A stretch of DNA of 59,983 bases from Tolypothrix carrinoi HA7290-LM1 (GTDB taxonomy: Bacteria; Cyanobacteriota; Cyanobacteriia; Cyanobacteriales; Nostocaceae). Position 1 is the first letter of the stretch; each line of letters opens with the position of its first letter. Made by a program: the position numbers and the translations under genes. This document shows positions 1 to 11,299 of this stretch, one piece after another. The stretch spans positions 1 through 59,983 of the forward strand of contig JAHHIK010000044.1 of NCBI GenBank assembly GCA_019358935.1, in the 5' to 3' direction. The notes below the pieces were generated by a model. It searched no databases, was not told the DNA's origin, and saw only the letters and a program-made list of their open reading frames with translations.

Positions 1-107
1 TAGCATATATGGAAATTATTTCGTTTAGCATCTAGCCCTCCTTATTTTCTCTTCTTGGAGGGCATTTTATTGCTTTACTGTCCCAAAGCGATCGCCTAAA
101 TCAATAA

Positions 108-1169
108 CTAGCAACTTAGGTTATTATCTGAATAATCAGATATAGAAACAAAATTCTCGGCTGCATCTTTAATAAAACCAGCTACAGGTACAGCAATCAG
201 CAATCCTAACAACCCACCGATATAAGTTCCTACCAGCAAAGAAACTAACACCCAGATTGGTCTAAGTCCTGTGAAACTACCTAAAAGACGGGGAGCGATC
301 GCTTGGTCAATTAACTGGTCAACTACAACAGATGCAGCTAAAACCTTCGCTGCTAACCAAAAATCATGTGACGCTATTATTAAAATTACAACCGCAAGAC
401 TTACTACATCACCAAAAGGAATTAAACTCAAAATTCCCACTCCCAAACCAAAGAGTAAAGCAAAGGGAACTTTCAGAAGCAAAAACACTATTGTCAGTGA
501 AACTCCCATCAGCAAAGCCAAAGCTACCTGACCAATCAAATAATTTTGAAAATTTTTATGAATCGACTGGCTTACCTTCTGACCAAAACTCCAAGGTAAC
601 TTTTTAAATATCCCATCCCATATTCTCTTGCCATCAGCTAAAAGATAAAAAGTTAGCACTATTGTAATTAATGCTTCAGAAATACTATCAATAGCATCTA
701 AAATAACGCTAAAAATTTTGTCTCCGATAAACTCCAACTCGTTAGGCAATCGGTGTGTTATTTGCGTAAATATTTGACTAAAATTTACTTTTAAACTGTG
801 ATTTATAGCCCAATCATTTAAAATATAAAATTTTTGCTTATTAGAATCAATCCATTGCGGAAGCTGTTTAACCATTTCATGAAACTGCTCTAATACAATC
901 GGAACCAAAATAAGACCCAAAGCAGCTAAAATTATAATAGTAGAGAAAAAAACTAATCCGATGGCATAGCTACGCTTAACTCCACGTTCCTCAAGAATTG
1001 AAACGGGGTAATTCAAAATGAATGCTAGCAAAGTTGCCAAAACAAAAGTTGTCACCAAAGGTTGAAAATATTGAAAAACTCGAAATACTAGCCAACCATT
1101 GAGAAAAATTGAAGGAAATATCAGCGTTATAACTAACCATTTAAGTAGTTGATTGAGTGAAACAGTCAT
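108..1169 (-). CDS. AI-2E (UPF0118/PerM) family transporter
   Basis: Multi-TM ORF with AI-2E-like C-terminal motif (IAPRLLG...GLRPIWVLVSLLVG...GLLIAVP); ATG at 1169 preferred over the longer ORF start. Confidence 0.85.
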   Translation of the reverse strand: MTVSLNQLLKWLVITLIFPSIFLNGWLVFRVFQYFQPLVTTFVLATLLAFILNYPVSILEERGVKRSYAIGLVFFSTIIILAALGLILVPIVLEQFHEMVKQLPQWIDSNKQKFYILNDWAINHSLKVNFSQIFTQITHRLPNELEFIGDKIFSVILDAIDSISEALITIVLTFYLLADGKRIWDGIFKKLPWSFGQKVSQSIHKNFQNYLIGQVALALLMGVSLTIVFLLLKVPFALLFGLGVGILSLIPFGDVVSLAVVILIIASHDFWLAAKVLAASVVVDQLIDQAIAPRLLGSFTGLRPIWVLVSLLVGTYIGGLLGLLIAVPVAGFIKDAAENFVSISDYSDNNLSC

Positions 1170-1364
1170 AATTAATTTCAAATTAGCAGATTTAGGGTGA
1201 GCATTGCCCATCCTACAAATTTTAGGATATAAAAGCACAGATAATTATTGAGTTTGCTCACATTTTGAAGAATGCACGTTTTCGCCGTGCGAGGAGCGCG
1301 CACGCTACAAAGAACAGGCGCTTTAGCCTGCGAGCAACGCGGGCACATAGACAAAGCTTGTTTA

Positions 1365-1457
1365 GGCGATTGAAATCGCAGCTACACAGACAAAACCCTA
1401 GATTTTTCTAGTCCGCGTAGGCGGACTTCGTTCGTTTAGCCGCGACTTCTAGTCGCC
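1365..1457. repeat. REP-like palindromic intergenic element
   Basis: GGCGATTGAAATCGCAGCTA...TAGCCGCGACTTCTAGTCGCC imperfect inverted arms with internal hairpins, directly after the pyrFE stop. Confidence 0.55.
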
Positions 1458-1463
1458 AGGGCT

Positions 1464-2897
1464 TTATGCTTCTTTCAAAGCTGAAAATTGCTCATCATTT
1501 ATCCGTCCAGCCTGATACAGCGTTTGTGTAATTTCGGAAATAGTTAAAACCGCATGACCTTGATAACCATTTTCTCGTAATCTATCTTTTACGCCATGTT
1601 CATGGTCGATAAAAACTACAATATCATTCACATTTAATCCTGCGGATTTTAACTTTTCTGCCCCTTCCATAACACTTTTACCGCTGATGAGAATATCATC
1701 AACTACCGCAACTGTTTCCCCAGGATGAAAATCACCCTCAATTACCCTGCGGGTTCCGTGTGCTTTCACTTCTTTACGAGGAAAAATCATCGGACATTGA
1801 AGACGCAAAGATAAACCAGTAGCAGTAGGCAAAGAACCGTAGGGAATACCTGCTATCCTATCAAAATTTAGCTTGACCAAAATTTCTTCATAAGCGATGA
1901 TAACTTGATTAAAAACTTGCGGATTAGAAATTATTTTGCGTAAATCGACGTAATAAGGAAATGTGGCTCCCGATGCTTGGACATAGTTGCCAAATATAAT
2001 GCAGCCGATATCATAAAGTTGCAAAATTAAATCTTGTTGCGGATGTTGATCCAAAAAACAAACATCTGGCAACCATAAAGAACAGCTAGAAACATCTTGG
2101 ATAATTTCAGTTTTTGCTTGATTAATTTGGGCATTTAAAGACTGAACTTCTTGAGATAATTCTGTTGAACTCAACATATCTTGAGGAACAGGAATCAGCA
2201 AACCTTCACCATTAGTATTCAAACCAGCCGCTAAAACTTGATTAAGATTGCCACCTTCTGCCCAAATACTACGAGCCATGATAATTCGTTCTGGCGCATC
2301 TGCTCGAATGCGGGCGAAAATATCAGGCTTTGTTGTTCCCACTTCTAAACCTAATTGTTCTGGAGTACCCCAATTTTTTGATTCTTTTACTACTTGCAAA
2401 TAAAAGGGTGTTTCCGCTGTGGGAAATTGCTGTAAAGGTTCTGCGGCTGAATTAGAAGTACAACATAAAACAAATACCGCCTTACCAGGATAAACCAAAA
2501 ACGGTGCGACATTATCTTGTCCGGCATAAGGACTGAGAGTAATTGCATCCACATTCCATTTACTAAACACAGTGCGGGCAAAAATTGTGCTGGTATTTAA
2601 ATCACTGTGTTTTGCATCTAAAATAACTGGAATGTGAGCGGGGATAGATGCTAAAGTTTTTTGCAGCAATTCTAAACCAGGAATACCCAAAGCTTGATAA
2701 AAGCCGAGTGTCGGTTTATAAACGCAAACTTGTTCGGCTGTTTCGGCAATAATGAATTGCAACCAATCCCACAAACTAGAGATGATATCATCAGAGGCGT
2801 AGCAAGCAGGCATCATCTCTGGATTGGGATCAAGCCCGACAAATAGTAAGCTTTGATTTTGGGCGATCGCCTGACTCAATTTATCAAAAAAGTTCAT
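1464..2897 (-). CDS. pyrFE: bifunctional orotidine-5'-phosphate decarboxylase / orotate phosphoribosyltransferase
   Basis: N-terminal OMPDC-like (VGLDP, LDAKHSD) fused to OPRT (SGATFPYYVDLR, RKEVKAHGT, VVDDILISG). Confidence 0.93.
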   Translation of the reverse strand: MNFFDKLSQAIAQNQSLLFVGLDPNPEMMPACYASDDIISSLWDWLQFIIAETAEQVCVYKPTLGFYQALGIPGLELLQKTLASIPAHIPVILDAKHSDLNTSTIFARTVFSKWNVDAITLSPYAGQDNVAPFLVYPGKAVFVLCCTSNSAAEPLQQFPTAETPFYLQVVKESKNWGTPEQLGLEVGTTKPDIFARIRADAPERIIMARSIWAEGGNLNQVLAAGLNTNGEGLLIPVPQDMLSSTELSQEVQSLNAQINQAKTEIIQDVSSCSLWLPDVCFLDQHPQQDLILQLYDIGCIIFGNYVQASGATFPYYVDLRKIISNPQVFNQVIIAYEEILVKLNFDRIAGIPYGSLPTATGLSLRLQCPMIFPRKEVKAHGTRRVIEGDFHPGETVAVVDDILISGKSVMEGAEKLKSAGLNVNDIVVFIDHEHGVKDRLRENGYQGHAVLTISEITQTLYQAGRINDEQFSALKEA

Positions 2898-2970
2898 ATT
2901 AAATATTTAAAACATCACAAACCAAACTAAGTTATGAGTTATAAATTCATAACTCATAACTCATAACTTT

Positions 2971-3693
2971 CTACAACCCTCCATACCATTCATAACCCTG
3001 GTCTTCCCAGTAACCCTTCATCGGCGATAAATAACTAACCAAAGTAACTTTAGTCACCCACTTACTCTGCTTATAACCAAGTTTAATTGGCGAAGCTAAA
3101 CGCAAGGGGGCACCATTTTCAACTGGCAAAGGTTCGCCATTTTTCTGATAAGCTAACAAAGTCTGGGGATGCAATACTGAAGCAATATCCCAACTTTCGT
3201 AATAACCATCAGCAGATTTAAAGTAAGCAAATTTGGCATTCGCTTTAGGTTGGGCAAGAGCGACAATTTCCCGCAGACGTATACCACCCCATTGCACAAT
3301 CGCTGCCCAACCTTCAACACAAACGTGACGAATAATCATGGAAGTTAGCGGCAAAGCCTGAATATCTGCCATACTCAAGCTAAGAGGATTGTTGACATCA
3401 CCATCAACAATTAATCGATATTTTGCTTGGTCAATAATTGGATTACCTTTGAAACTATTAACTAGCAACTCCTTAGGTTTAATATCACTCTTGGAGAATT
3501 CAGGTACAGGCTTTTGGGGATTAAATAATAATGTTTCCACCTTCTGATTCAACGGTTCAGAAACTTTGTTCACAACATCACTAAATAGCGGTGCGCCGCA
3601 ACCACTAAGAAGAAAACCCATACCAGAAATGCCGGAAAATTGTAAAAATCTCCGGCGTGTTAATTCAGAACGAGGTACGCGAATTAAATTCAT
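2971..3693 (-). CDS. Tat-exported molybdopterin-dependent oxidoreductase (MsrP/YedY-like)
   Basis: TRRRFL Tat motif, HVCVEGW, ENGAPLRL...GYKQSKWV, GYWEDQGY. Confidence 0.88.
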   Translation of the reverse strand: MNLIRVPRSELTRRRFLQFSGISGMGFLLSGCGAPLFSDVVNKVSEPLNQKVETLLFNPQKPVPEFSKSDIKPKELLVNSFKGNPIIDQAKYRLIVDGDVNNPLSLSMADIQALPLTSMIIRHVCVEGWAAIVQWGGIRLREIVALAQPKANAKFAYFKSADGYYESWDIASVLHPQTLLAYQKNGEPLPVENGAPLRLASPIKLGYKQSKWVTKVTLVSYLSPMKGYWEDQGYEWYGGL

Positions 3694-3744
3694 AAAATTA
3701 GTCCTTTGTTATTTGTCGTCAAATAGTCTATTTATCCCCTCACC

Positions 3745-4344
3745 CTACCAAAACATCGATTCAGTCAACTGTTCCCCTCCAGCTTTGCGCCCTAACTGCC
3801 AGTGAATTAATACAAACAGGATAACGCTTGGTACTGAAGAAAAGTGAACAATTCTTAATGCTGACCAACTGCCAAACATATCAACAATCCAGGAAAATTG
3901 AGCAGGTTTATACATGCCTATTCCTGTAAGTAAAGCCAGCAGCAGGATGGGAATAATAGCTGTATAAACGATGCGATGCCAAGCATAACTTAAACGCTTG
4001 GAGTTTTGAGTTTTTTGTAATGCTTTGATATCATTTATATTTACAAACCGATGTCGCCAGCGGCGGGTAATTAAAACGTAAATCCCATACCACAAAAGAT
4101 TCAGCGAAAATAACCACATTCCCGCAAAATGCCAATGTCTGCCTCCGGCAAGCCAACCTCCTAAAGTAAATAGAGGGGGAATATGTAAACCTGCACGTCC
4201 GCCAAAAACAGGGTTAGCGTTGTAAATTTGTAGCCCACTAGTGAGCATGATAAACAAACTAATGATATTACAAGAGTGGAAAATCTTCGCACCTATTGCT
4301 TGGGTTGGCAACTTGCGACTTTTAGGGGGAACTGTCGAATCCAT
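3745..4344 (-). CDS. cytochrome b/b6-domain membrane partner of the molybdoenzyme
   Basis: TM helices with heme His residues (IFH, RHWHF, RIVHF, LIH); adjacent and co-oriented with the MsrP-like gene. Confidence 0.8.
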   Translation of the reverse strand: MDSTVPPKSRKLPTQAIGAKIFHSCNIISLFIMLTSGLQIYNANPVFGGRAGLHIPPLFTLGGWLAGGRHWHFAGMWLFSLNLLWYGIYVLITRRWRHRFVNINDIKALQKTQNSKRLSYAWHRIVYTAIIPILLLALLTGIGMYKPAQFSWIVDMFGSWSALRIVHFSSVPSVILFVLIHWQLGRKAGGEQLTESMFW

Positions 4345-4558
4345 AGATATTTATTGTTAAATATTATTTTGTGTGTATTAAGCATTACTCAGCAAATTTG
4401 CGGCAGGGTAATGTTCACCCTGCTTTTTCCATCCTACCGTTGAGGGGAGTAGTGTGCGACTAATTTTTAACTATTACAATTCTTGTTGATGGGTTGTGAA
4501 AGTTCGCGCGTCAAAAATGCGTGTCTTTGAAATTGAGCGATAAATCGCTCACTACGAA

Positions 4559-4876
4559 TCAATCTTCAGGTTGCCAGAGATACTCACGCAAATTGATTTT
4601 CCCTTGAGGGTTAAATTTTATTCCTTCTTCTTCCAGAAGCGATCGCTGTTTGTAATCTGTGCCATTTCGCTGCATTGAGTGGGATATCTCGCCTTTGGCA
4701 TTAATCACTCGATGCCAAGGTATATCTGATAAACTAATATCAACTTGATAAAGAGCATATCCGACTAAACGCGCTTTTCCGTACAAGTGAGCCAAATCTG
4801 CTATTTGTCCGTAAGTTGCCACTCTACCTTTTGGTATTTGGCGGACAATTGCATATATGTTGTCATACTTGGACAT
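4559..4876 (-). CDS. alkyltransferase-like protein (MGMT/ATL family)
   Basis: IPKGRVATYGQIA and PWHRV (Trp replacing the catalytic Cys, as in ATL proteins). Confidence 0.88.
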   Translation of the reverse strand: MSKYDNIYAIVRQIPKGRVATYGQIADLAHLYGKARLVGYALYQVDISLSDIPWHRVINAKGEISHSMQRNGTDYKQRSLLEEEGIKFNPQGKINLREYLWQPED

Positions 4877-4888
4877 TTATCTTTTACT

Positions 4889-5410
4889 TTATTTTTGCAT
4901 TTCCTGCTGACGCATCGGCATTGCATCTATCTCGTTAAAAATTACCTTTGCCTCGACGGGTTTGGAGTCGCTGCGCTTTTGGGTACCATCTTTACCTACT
5001 AAGATGACTCGAAAATCTTGGGGGGATTGAAAACGTGAACGCACTTTCGTAACATCTGCTTCATCAATAACTTTACCCGTTGCACGACTTGTACCTTCTG
5101 TCAATATCTCCACCAATAGTAAATCTCGCTCAGAAAAATCAGCTTGTTGCCCTTGAAATAACTGCATTTGTTTTTGATAAGCGGGATTATTTTCGTCAGG
5201 TGCAAACACTAGCAAAAGGCGGTTTTTCCACTGGTAGGATTTTAAATCAAAAGCCATATTTTTGTTTTTTACAGTTTTTGAGTTGGAGGCGATCGGCACG
5301 AGTCTATTTGACTTATTCTGAATGTATAAACTCGATACATCGGCTCTGTACAAGCTTGAGCAGCCGACATTGGTTAGGAGTAGCAGTGCCATCAAGCAAC
5401 GAGTTAACAT
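4889..5410 (-). CDS. DUF4174-like lipoprotein
   Basis: Lipobox-like NVGC; YQWKNRLLLVFAP, LVGKDG, IDAMPMRQQEM. Confidence 0.75.
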   Translation of the reverse strand: MLTRCLMALLLLTNVGCSSLYRADVSSLYIQNKSNRLVPIASNSKTVKNKNMAFDLKSYQWKNRLLLVFAPDENNPAYQKQMQLFQGQQADFSERDLLLVEILTEGTSRATGKVIDEADVTKVRSRFQSPQDFRVILVGKDGTQKRSDSKPVEAKVIFNEIDAMPMRQQEMQK

Positions 5411-5591
5411 TTTTGATTCGTAGTGAGCGGTTTACCGCTCATATCAACCATTTTAAGGGCTGTTAGCGGAGCTTTACCGTAGGGTAGCCCTTACTACATT
5501 CACTCCGCGTTTATTTATGCTCATCTACTTAGTGCGAATAAGTAAAAATAATCAGCCTCAATTCCAGTTTACATCATCACTCAAAAAATTA

Positions 5592-5665
5592 GGCATTGCT
5601 AAACGACGATGAATTGTTCTTCGCTACGACTGCGCGAAACATTCATCCCGTCAATTAGCAACGCC
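5592..5665. repeat. palindromic miniature element (GGCATTGCTAA...TTAGCAACGCC)
   Basis: Imperfect terminal inverted repeats with inner GATGAAT/ATTCATC pairing. Confidence 0.55.
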
Positions 5666-5689
5666 AAAATTATAAATCCTTATACTCAA

Positions 5690-6358
5690 TTAATCACAAA
5701 GCAAACTTGGGGAAGTTAAAACAAAAACATCTCTTGTTCCCTGAGCGTCAGTTTGAGGTTTAATCGGAGTAGTAAAATGATAAAACTCATGGTCATTAAC
5801 CAAGAGTAATTCTCCCGAATTGAGAACTTTATTAAAAACAGGCTTTTCTTTTTTCGCAGCGTAAAGATGCGTTTCTCCACCTTGAATATTTTCTCTCTCA
5901 ACAGAAAATATCCCGATAAAATCAGTACCATCCTGATGAATACCTTCAGGTGCGGGATTTCCTAAATTATTTGGTGAACAAGTCGTTCTAATTTGATGAA
6001 CTCCTATTTCGGCTTCTGGGTGAAGTTTACAAGAATCACTAAAGGCTAAAACCATATTTTGAAAAATATCAAGTTCTATGAGTGCATCATCTAATTCTGC
6101 AAACTCTCTTTTAACATCACCCACTAATGGATTGTATTCTTTACTTTGAAAAAGGTAGCCATGAGGTAATTTGCTTAACTTATTTTCCGAAACTATAAAA
6201 CGAGATAATCTTCTAAAGCGATAGCTACCTTTAATATAAGGGTCTAGAGGCAAATCATTAAAAAACGGCTTGAAACCTGCTGTATTTATAGAATTTACCT
6301 TTCGCAATGTAAACATAAAGGCATATTCTAATTGCATCGATTTCGATACTTTTTGCAT
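5690..6358 (-). CDS. 2OG-Fe(II) dioxygenase family protein
   Basis: APEGIHQDG (HxD), distal H (FYHFTT) and RDVFV motifs. Confidence 0.8.
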   Translation of the reverse strand: MQKVSKSMQLEYAFMFTLRKVNSINTAGFKPFFNDLPLDPYIKGSYRFRRLSRFIVSENKLSKLPHGYLFQSKEYNPLVGDVKREFAELDDALIELDIFQNMVLAFSDSCKLHPEAEIGVHQIRTTCSPNNLGNPAPEGIHQDGTDFIGIFSVERENIQGGETHLYAAKKEKPVFNKVLNSGELLLVNDHEFYHFTTPIKPQTDAQGTRDVFVLTSPSLLCD

Positions 6359-6504
6359 AATACTTTCCGGGTTGCAGATTGATACTTTCCCAATTTTTTT
6401 ATTGGGATTATATATTAAGTATAAATTATTTTTTTAGGAAATGTCGTTAAATAGACTACAGAAATTTCCCTTTTATGATATAGCAGGTGATTCGATTCCC
6501 CCAC

Positions 6505-6533
6505 GTAGAGACGTTCCGCCGGAACGTCTGTAC
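6505..6533. repeat. GTAG-type REP palindrome GTAGAGACGTTCC-n3-GGAACGTCT(C/G)TAC; related copies at 10798-10826, 47441-47470, 50529-50558, 50754-50784, 51819-51847; variant at 36691-36718
   Basis: Six near-identical GTAG-initiated hairpins, mostly just downstream of genes. Confidence 0.8.
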
Positions 6534-6570
6534 AATTTCCGTCCGCAACGTCTCTACAGGGACAAGTTGA

Positions 6571-7335
6571 TTAATTCCTCCTCACGGCGTTGACTAAATT
6601 CTCACAGGCTTTTAAGAAGATGCTTACATCCACCCCCAGCCCAATGTATTGAATTCCTGCGTCAATCCACTGCTTGGCAATTTCGGGATTGTCGGCAAAA
6701 GTGCCGACTGCTTTGCCGGAGTCGCGGATAGTAGTAACGCATTGCTGCATCAACTCAATAACACGCGGATCTCTTACCTGACCGGGAATACCCAGCGACT
6801 GCGATAAGTCGTAGGGACCGAGAAAGATAACGTCAATGTGGGGTACACTAACAATCTCTGCAATGTTTTCCACACCGCGCTGACCTTCGACATGAACGAC
6901 AATCAAAGACTCTTCGTTTAACTTGTCTGTAATTTGCGTTCCCGCTGCTGTGTACATACCTGCCCGCGTGGCAAATGAAAGTCCCCGCAAACCGAGAGGA
7001 CTGTACTTGGCTCCCTTAACGCAAGCTTCAGCATCAGATTTCGTTTCAATTTGCGGCACTTGCACCCCAGCACTACCAATGTCAAGCGCTCTTTGAATTT
7101 GCGGTGCATCATTCTTTCTAACGCGGATCACTGGGGCAATTCCTACGCAATCTGCCGCACGGCAGAGGTCTTCCGCAGCCAGTGTGTGCAGCGGTCCATG
7201 CTCCATGTCAATCACCGCAAAATCAAATCCTGCGTGTCCGCAGATTTCGATAAACGCCGGATAAGCGCAGTTCATAAATGTACCGAGGACAACCTCGCCC
7301 CGCTTGAGTTTTCGTTTAAGTTGATTTTCACGCAT
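6571..7335 (-). CDS. HpcH/HpaI aldolase family protein
   Basis: IDMEHG, RALDIGSAGVQVPQI, FLGPYDLSQSLG. Confidence 0.9.
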   Translation of the reverse strand: MRENQLKRKLKRGEVVLGTFMNCAYPAFIEICGHAGFDFAVIDMEHGPLHTLAAEDLCRAADCVGIAPVIRVRKNDAPQIQRALDIGSAGVQVPQIETKSDAEACVKGAKYSPLGLRGLSFATRAGMYTAAGTQITDKLNEESLIVVHVEGQRGVENIAEIVSVPHIDVIFLGPYDLSQSLGIPGQVRDPRVIELMQQCVTTIRDSGKAVGTFADNPEIAKQWIDAGIQYIGLGVDVSIFLKACENLVNAVRRN

Positions 7336-7396
7336 GGTTATCGCCTAGTATTGATTTTTAGCTACCTTAAGCAAAATTACTGCAAAATCAATGGAT

Positions 7397-7530
7397 TTGG
7401 GTAATGGGTAATGGGTAATGGGTAATGGGTAATGGGGGAATTACCAATTACCAATTTTCAATTCCCAATTCCCAATTACCAATTCCCAATTACCAATTCC
7501 CAATTCCCAATTCCCAATTCCCAATTCCCA
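7397..7530. repeat. STRR heptamer tandem repeats in inverted arms (TGGGTAA / CCAATTC)
   Basis: Direct reading; typical of filamentous cyanobacteria. Confidence 0.85.
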
Positions 7531-7532
7531 AA

Positions 7533-8261
7533 ATGATGAATGATTGGCTTTACCGCTACCCGCTTTTATATCCTGGTATCTTGCTGAAGCGTTACAAGCG
7601 CTTTTTTGCAGATGTTCAACTTGCTTCTGGGGAAATAGTAACAGCGCACTGTCCGAATACTGGACCGATGACTGGGGTTTCCACTCCTGGGAGTGCGGTG
7701 CAGTTATCTTTAAGTGATAATCTCAAGCGTAAACTACCTTATACTTTGGAATTGATTCAGGTACATGATAATGAGCCAACTTGGGTAGGTGTTAATACTG
7801 CTTTGCCAAATCGGGTAGTGAAGCTAGCTTTGGCAACATACCTTTTTCCTGAATTGGGTGGATATAGCCAAATTCGCGGTGAGGTGGTTTATGGACAAGA
7901 TAAAAAAAGTCGAGTTGATTTTTTCTTGACAGGAAGTGATGAGGAACGCCCGATTTTTTTAGAAGTAAAAAATACAACTTTGGCGGAAGGAAGATTGGCA
8001 TTATTTCCCGATACGGAGACGACGAGAGGACAAAAGCACTTGCGGGAATTGATGGCACTGTTGCCCCAAAGTCGTGCGGTGATGCTTTACTTTATTAATC
8101 GGGGTGATTGTACGCATTTTGCTCCTGGTGATATTACTGACCCTATATATGGTCAGTTGTTGAGGGAAGCGATCGCTCTCGGTTTGGAAGTTTTACCCTG
8201 TCGTTTTCAAGTCACTCCAGAAGGCATTCAATATCTGGGTTTGGCAGAATGCAAATTTTAA
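7533..8261 (+). CDS. sfsA: sugar fermentation stimulation protein / DNA-RNA nuclease SfsA
   Basis: [45 protein letters not shown]; the upstream ORF extension is STRR-derived. Confidence 0.93.
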   Translation: MMNDWLYRYPLLYPGILLKRYKRFFADVQLASGEIVTAHCPNTGPMTGVSTPGSAVQLSLSDNLKRKLPYTLELIQVHDNEPTWVGVNTALPNRVVKLALATYLFPELGGYSQIRGEVVYGQDKKSRVDFFLTGSDEERPIFLEVKNTTLAEGRLALFPDTETTRGQKHLRELMALLPQSRAVMLYFINRGDCTHFAPGDITDPIYGQLLREAIALGLEVLPCRFQVTPEGIQYLGLAECKF

Positions 8262-8534
8262 TAATCAAAAGCGGATGATATAACTCATATTTAAAAGATA
8301 TTAGTTAAGCTGGAAAAATATATTGGACATAATTAACAAGTTTTTCTATTGTGATTAAAGGAATTAAAAATAAAGGGTACTGGGGACTGGGGAAGAAAAT
8401 TATTCTTTATTCCTCACCTTTAATCCCTAATCCCTTTTATAAATATTCCTTTGCTAACGATTAGGTTCGTTGCCAAGGGTAGTTCACTTTTTTGATAACA
8501 TCATAGATCCGACAGATCCAGGGACGAATTGAGT

Positions 8535-9938
8535 ATGAGCAAGGGCACGCTGTTTGATAAAGTTTGGGATTCACACACAGTTGGGACACTGCCATCAGGA
8601 CAGACGCAACTGTTTATCGGACTGCATCTGATTCATGAAGTCACCAGTCCCCAAGCCTTTGCGATGTTACGCGAGCGCAATTTAAAGGTACTATTTCCTA
8701 TAAGGACTGTCGCCACGGTGGATCATATTGTGCCGACAGAAAATCAGGCACGTCCATTTGTGGATACCCTGGCAGAAGAAATGATGCAAGCGCTGGAGCA
8801 AAACTGTAAAGAAAATAACATTACATTTTATAACATTGGTTGCGGAAGTCAAGGAATTGTGCATGTAATTGCGCCAGAACAAGGACTGACACAGCCAGGA
8901 ATGACGATCGCTTGTGGTGATAGCCATACATCAACTCATGGTGCATTTGGTGCGATCGCTTTTGGTATCGGTACCAGTCAAGTCCGTGATGTCCTCGCTT
9001 CTCAAACCCTCGCTCTTTCCAAACTGAAAGTCCGCAAAATTGAAGTTAACGGCACACTCAAACCCGGTGTCTACGCCAAAGATGTTATTCTGCATGTCAT
9101 TCGCACCCTAGGCGTCAAAGGTGGTGTCGGATACGCTTACGAATTTGCAGGCAGCACCTTCGAGCAAATGAGCATGGAAGAACGGATGACAGTCTGCAAT
9201 ATGTCCATCGAAGGTGGTGCGCGTTGCGGCTACATCAATCCCGACCAAGTTACTTACGAATACCTCAAAGGTAGAGACTTTGCCCCTAAAGGCGCAGATT
9301 GGGATAAAGCAGTTGCTTGGTGGGAATCGATCAAAAGCGATGCTGATGCCGAATATGATGATGTAGTAACTTTCGATGCCGCCGAAATTCCGCCTACCGT
9401 TACTTGGGGCATCACCCCCGGTCAAGGTATCGGAGTTAACCAAGCCGTACCCACTCCCGACGAACTACCCGCAGACGATCGCACTCTTGCCGAAGAAGCT
9501 TACCGATACATGGATTTGGCTCCCGGTCAACCTATCCAAGGTACGAAAGTTGATGTTTGCTTCATTGGTAGCTGCACCAACGGACGAATCAGCGATTTGC
9601 GGGAAGCTGCCAAAATTGCCCAAGGGCATCACGTCGCTGAGGGAATTAAAGCTTTTGTCGTCCCAGGTTCGGAACGAGTGAAAAAGCAAGCGGAAGCAGA
9701 AGGACTGGATAAAATCTTTGTCGAAGCCGGCTTTGAGTGGCGCGAAGCAGGCTGTTCAATGTGTCTGGCGATGAATCCCGACAAACTTGAAGGACGGCAA
9801 ATCAGCGCTTCTTCTTCTAACCGCAACTTCAAAGGACGCCAAGGTTCGTCCTCCGGTCGCACTTTATTGATGAGTCCGGCGATGGTTGCGGCAGCAGCGT
9901 TGAAAGGCGAAGTATTTGACGTGCGCGAGTTGTTGTAA
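8535..9938 (+). CDS. leuC: 3-isopropylmalate dehydratase large subunit
   Basis: [48 protein letters not shown]. Confidence 0.97.
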   Translation: MSKGTLFDKVWDSHTVGTLPSGQTQLFIGLHLIHEVTSPQAFAMLRERNLKVLFPIRTVATVDHIVPTENQARPFVDTLAEEMMQALEQNCKENNITFYNIGCGSQGIVHVIAPEQGLTQPGMTIACGDSHTSTHGAFGAIAFGIGTSQVRDVLASQTLALSKLKVRKIEVNGTLKPGVYAKDVILHVIRTLGVKGGVGYAYEFAGSTFEQMSMEERMTVCNMSIEGGARCGYINPDQVTYEYLKGRDFAPKGADWDKAVAWWESIKSDADAEYDDVVTFDAAEIPPTVTWGITPGQGIGVNQAVPTPDELPADDRTLAEEAYRYMDLAPGQPIQGTKVDVCFIGSCTNGRISDLREAAKIAQGHHVAEGIKAFVVPGSERVKKQAEAEGLDKIFVEAGFEWREAGCSMCLAMNPDKLEGRQISASSSNRNFKGRQGSSSGRTLLMSPAMVAAAALKGEVFDVRELL

Positions 9939-10137
9939 ATGGGGCATTGGGCAATGGGCATTGGGCATTGGGCAATGGTAATTAAAGAAGCGACTGTAAG
10001 TGATGCGGGTTCTAATACAATTCTTTCCATGCCCCATGACGGCAGGTGCTTTATGCCGGGGAACCCGTCCACCGCACTGCCTCCCCATTGCCCCATGCCC
10101 ATTGCCCCATGCCCCATGCCCAATTCCCAATTCCCTA
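9939..10137. repeat. STRR arm - 50-bp core - STRR arm composite carrying a 45-nt hairpin insert (10039-10083)
   Basis: Core is homologous to 15735-15794 in the opposite orientation. Confidence 0.75.
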
Positions 10138-10147
10138 ATAGAATTTT

Positions 10148-10756
10148 ATGGTAAGTGAAGTTAAAGCAGTTTCCGGACGCGGTATTCCTTTGGTGGGTGA
10201 TGATATTGATACCGATCGCATTATTCCGGCTCGGTATTTGCGTTGTGTCACTTTTGATGGTTTGGGCGAACATGCGTTTGCTGATGACAGAACAGGATTG
10301 AAAGGTGAGCATCCTTTTGACCAAAAGCAATATCAAGGTGCTTCGATATTAATAGTTAACCGCAACTTTGGTTGTGGTTCTTCGCGGGAACACGCACCGC
10401 AAGCGATCGCTAAATGGGGTATTCAAGCGCTCATCGGTGAAAGCTTTGCCGAAATCTTTTTCGGTAACTGTGTCGCAATGGGAATTCCCTGCGTTACTGC
10501 CGATGCTGCCACTGTCAAGCATTTGCAAGAAATTGTTACAAACAATCCCCAAGCATCGATGACGGTGAATTTGGAAACAATGCAAGTGCAATGTGGCGAT
10601 TTTACTGGCACAGTTTCAATCAGTGAAGGTGCGAAAAACATGTTTGTTGCCGGCACTTGGGATGCTTGCGGTCAGTTAGTTGCTTCTTCTGAACAAGTTC
10701 GAGCTACTGCGGCAAAGTTACCTTATGTAAGTTGGAGTAAGATAGCTGCAAGTTAG
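10148..10756 (+). CDS. leuD: 3-isopropylmalate dehydratase small subunit
   Basis: [36 protein letters not shown]. Confidence 0.97.
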   Translation: MVSEVKAVSGRGIPLVGDDIDTDRIIPARYLRCVTFDGLGEHAFADDRTGLKGEHPFDQKQYQGASILIVNRNFGCGSSREHAPQAIAKWGIQALIGESFAEIFFGNCVAMGIPCVTADAATVKHLQEIVTNNPQASMTVNLETMQVQCGDFTGTVSISEGAKNMFVAGTWDACGQLVASSEQVRATAAKLPYVSWSKIAAS

Positions 10757-10894
10757 GTTAATACTACTAGACTTGTCTGTAGAAACCAATAACCTTTGTA
10801 GAGACGTTCCGTTGGAACGTCTCTACCATAAATTTTAGATTTTATAATAATATTCAGCAGCGCTTAAAATTCAATATCGACATAGAGGTGATGC

Positions 10895-11290
10895 ATGAAC
10901 GGAAGTTGTGCTTGCGGTGGCATTGAATACGAACTATCTGATAATTTATTTGCTGCAAATCATTGTCACTGCTCAATTTGTCGAAAACTTCATGGTTCAG
11001 CATTTGCAACATTCGCTCATGCAAAGGCAGAAAATTTTCGTTGGTTGCGGGGTGAAGATTTAATCGCAAGCTACAAATCATCAGAAAAAAACTTACGCAA
11101 TTTCTGTAGAGTTTGCGGATCGAACGTTCCATCAGTATTTCCAAAGACGAACCATGTGCGTATCCCGATGGGAACCTTAGACGATGATCCTGGTATTAAA
11201 CCCTCTGTTCATATCTTTGTTGCTGACAAAGCACCCTGGTTTGAAATTACTGATTCCTTACCTCAATATACCGAAATGCCAAAGAAATAG
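10895..11290 (+). CDS. GFA (CENP-V/glutathione-dependent formaldehyde-activating) family protein
   Basis: GSCACG, CHCSICR, FCRVCGS. Confidence 0.88.
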   Translation: MNGSCACGGIEYELSDNLFAANHCHCSICRKLHGSAFATFAHAKAENFRWLRGEDLIASYKSSEKNLRNFCRVCGSNVPSVFPKTNHVRIPMGTLDDDPGIKPSVHIFVADKAPWFEITDSLPQYTEMPKK

Positions 11291-11299
11291 GTAAAAAAT

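Noticed and set aside
1464..2897. pyrF-pyrE fusion as a novelty
   Set aside because: The fusion is already known in filamentous cyanobacteria.
7425..7532. N-terminal extensions and small ORFs made of STRR or hairpin repeats (also 9939-10154, 15519-15864, 21152-21413, 25123-25413, 27263-27654, 38429-38563, 43410-43769, 59254-59574)
   Set aside because: They are low-complexity translations of non-coding repeats.
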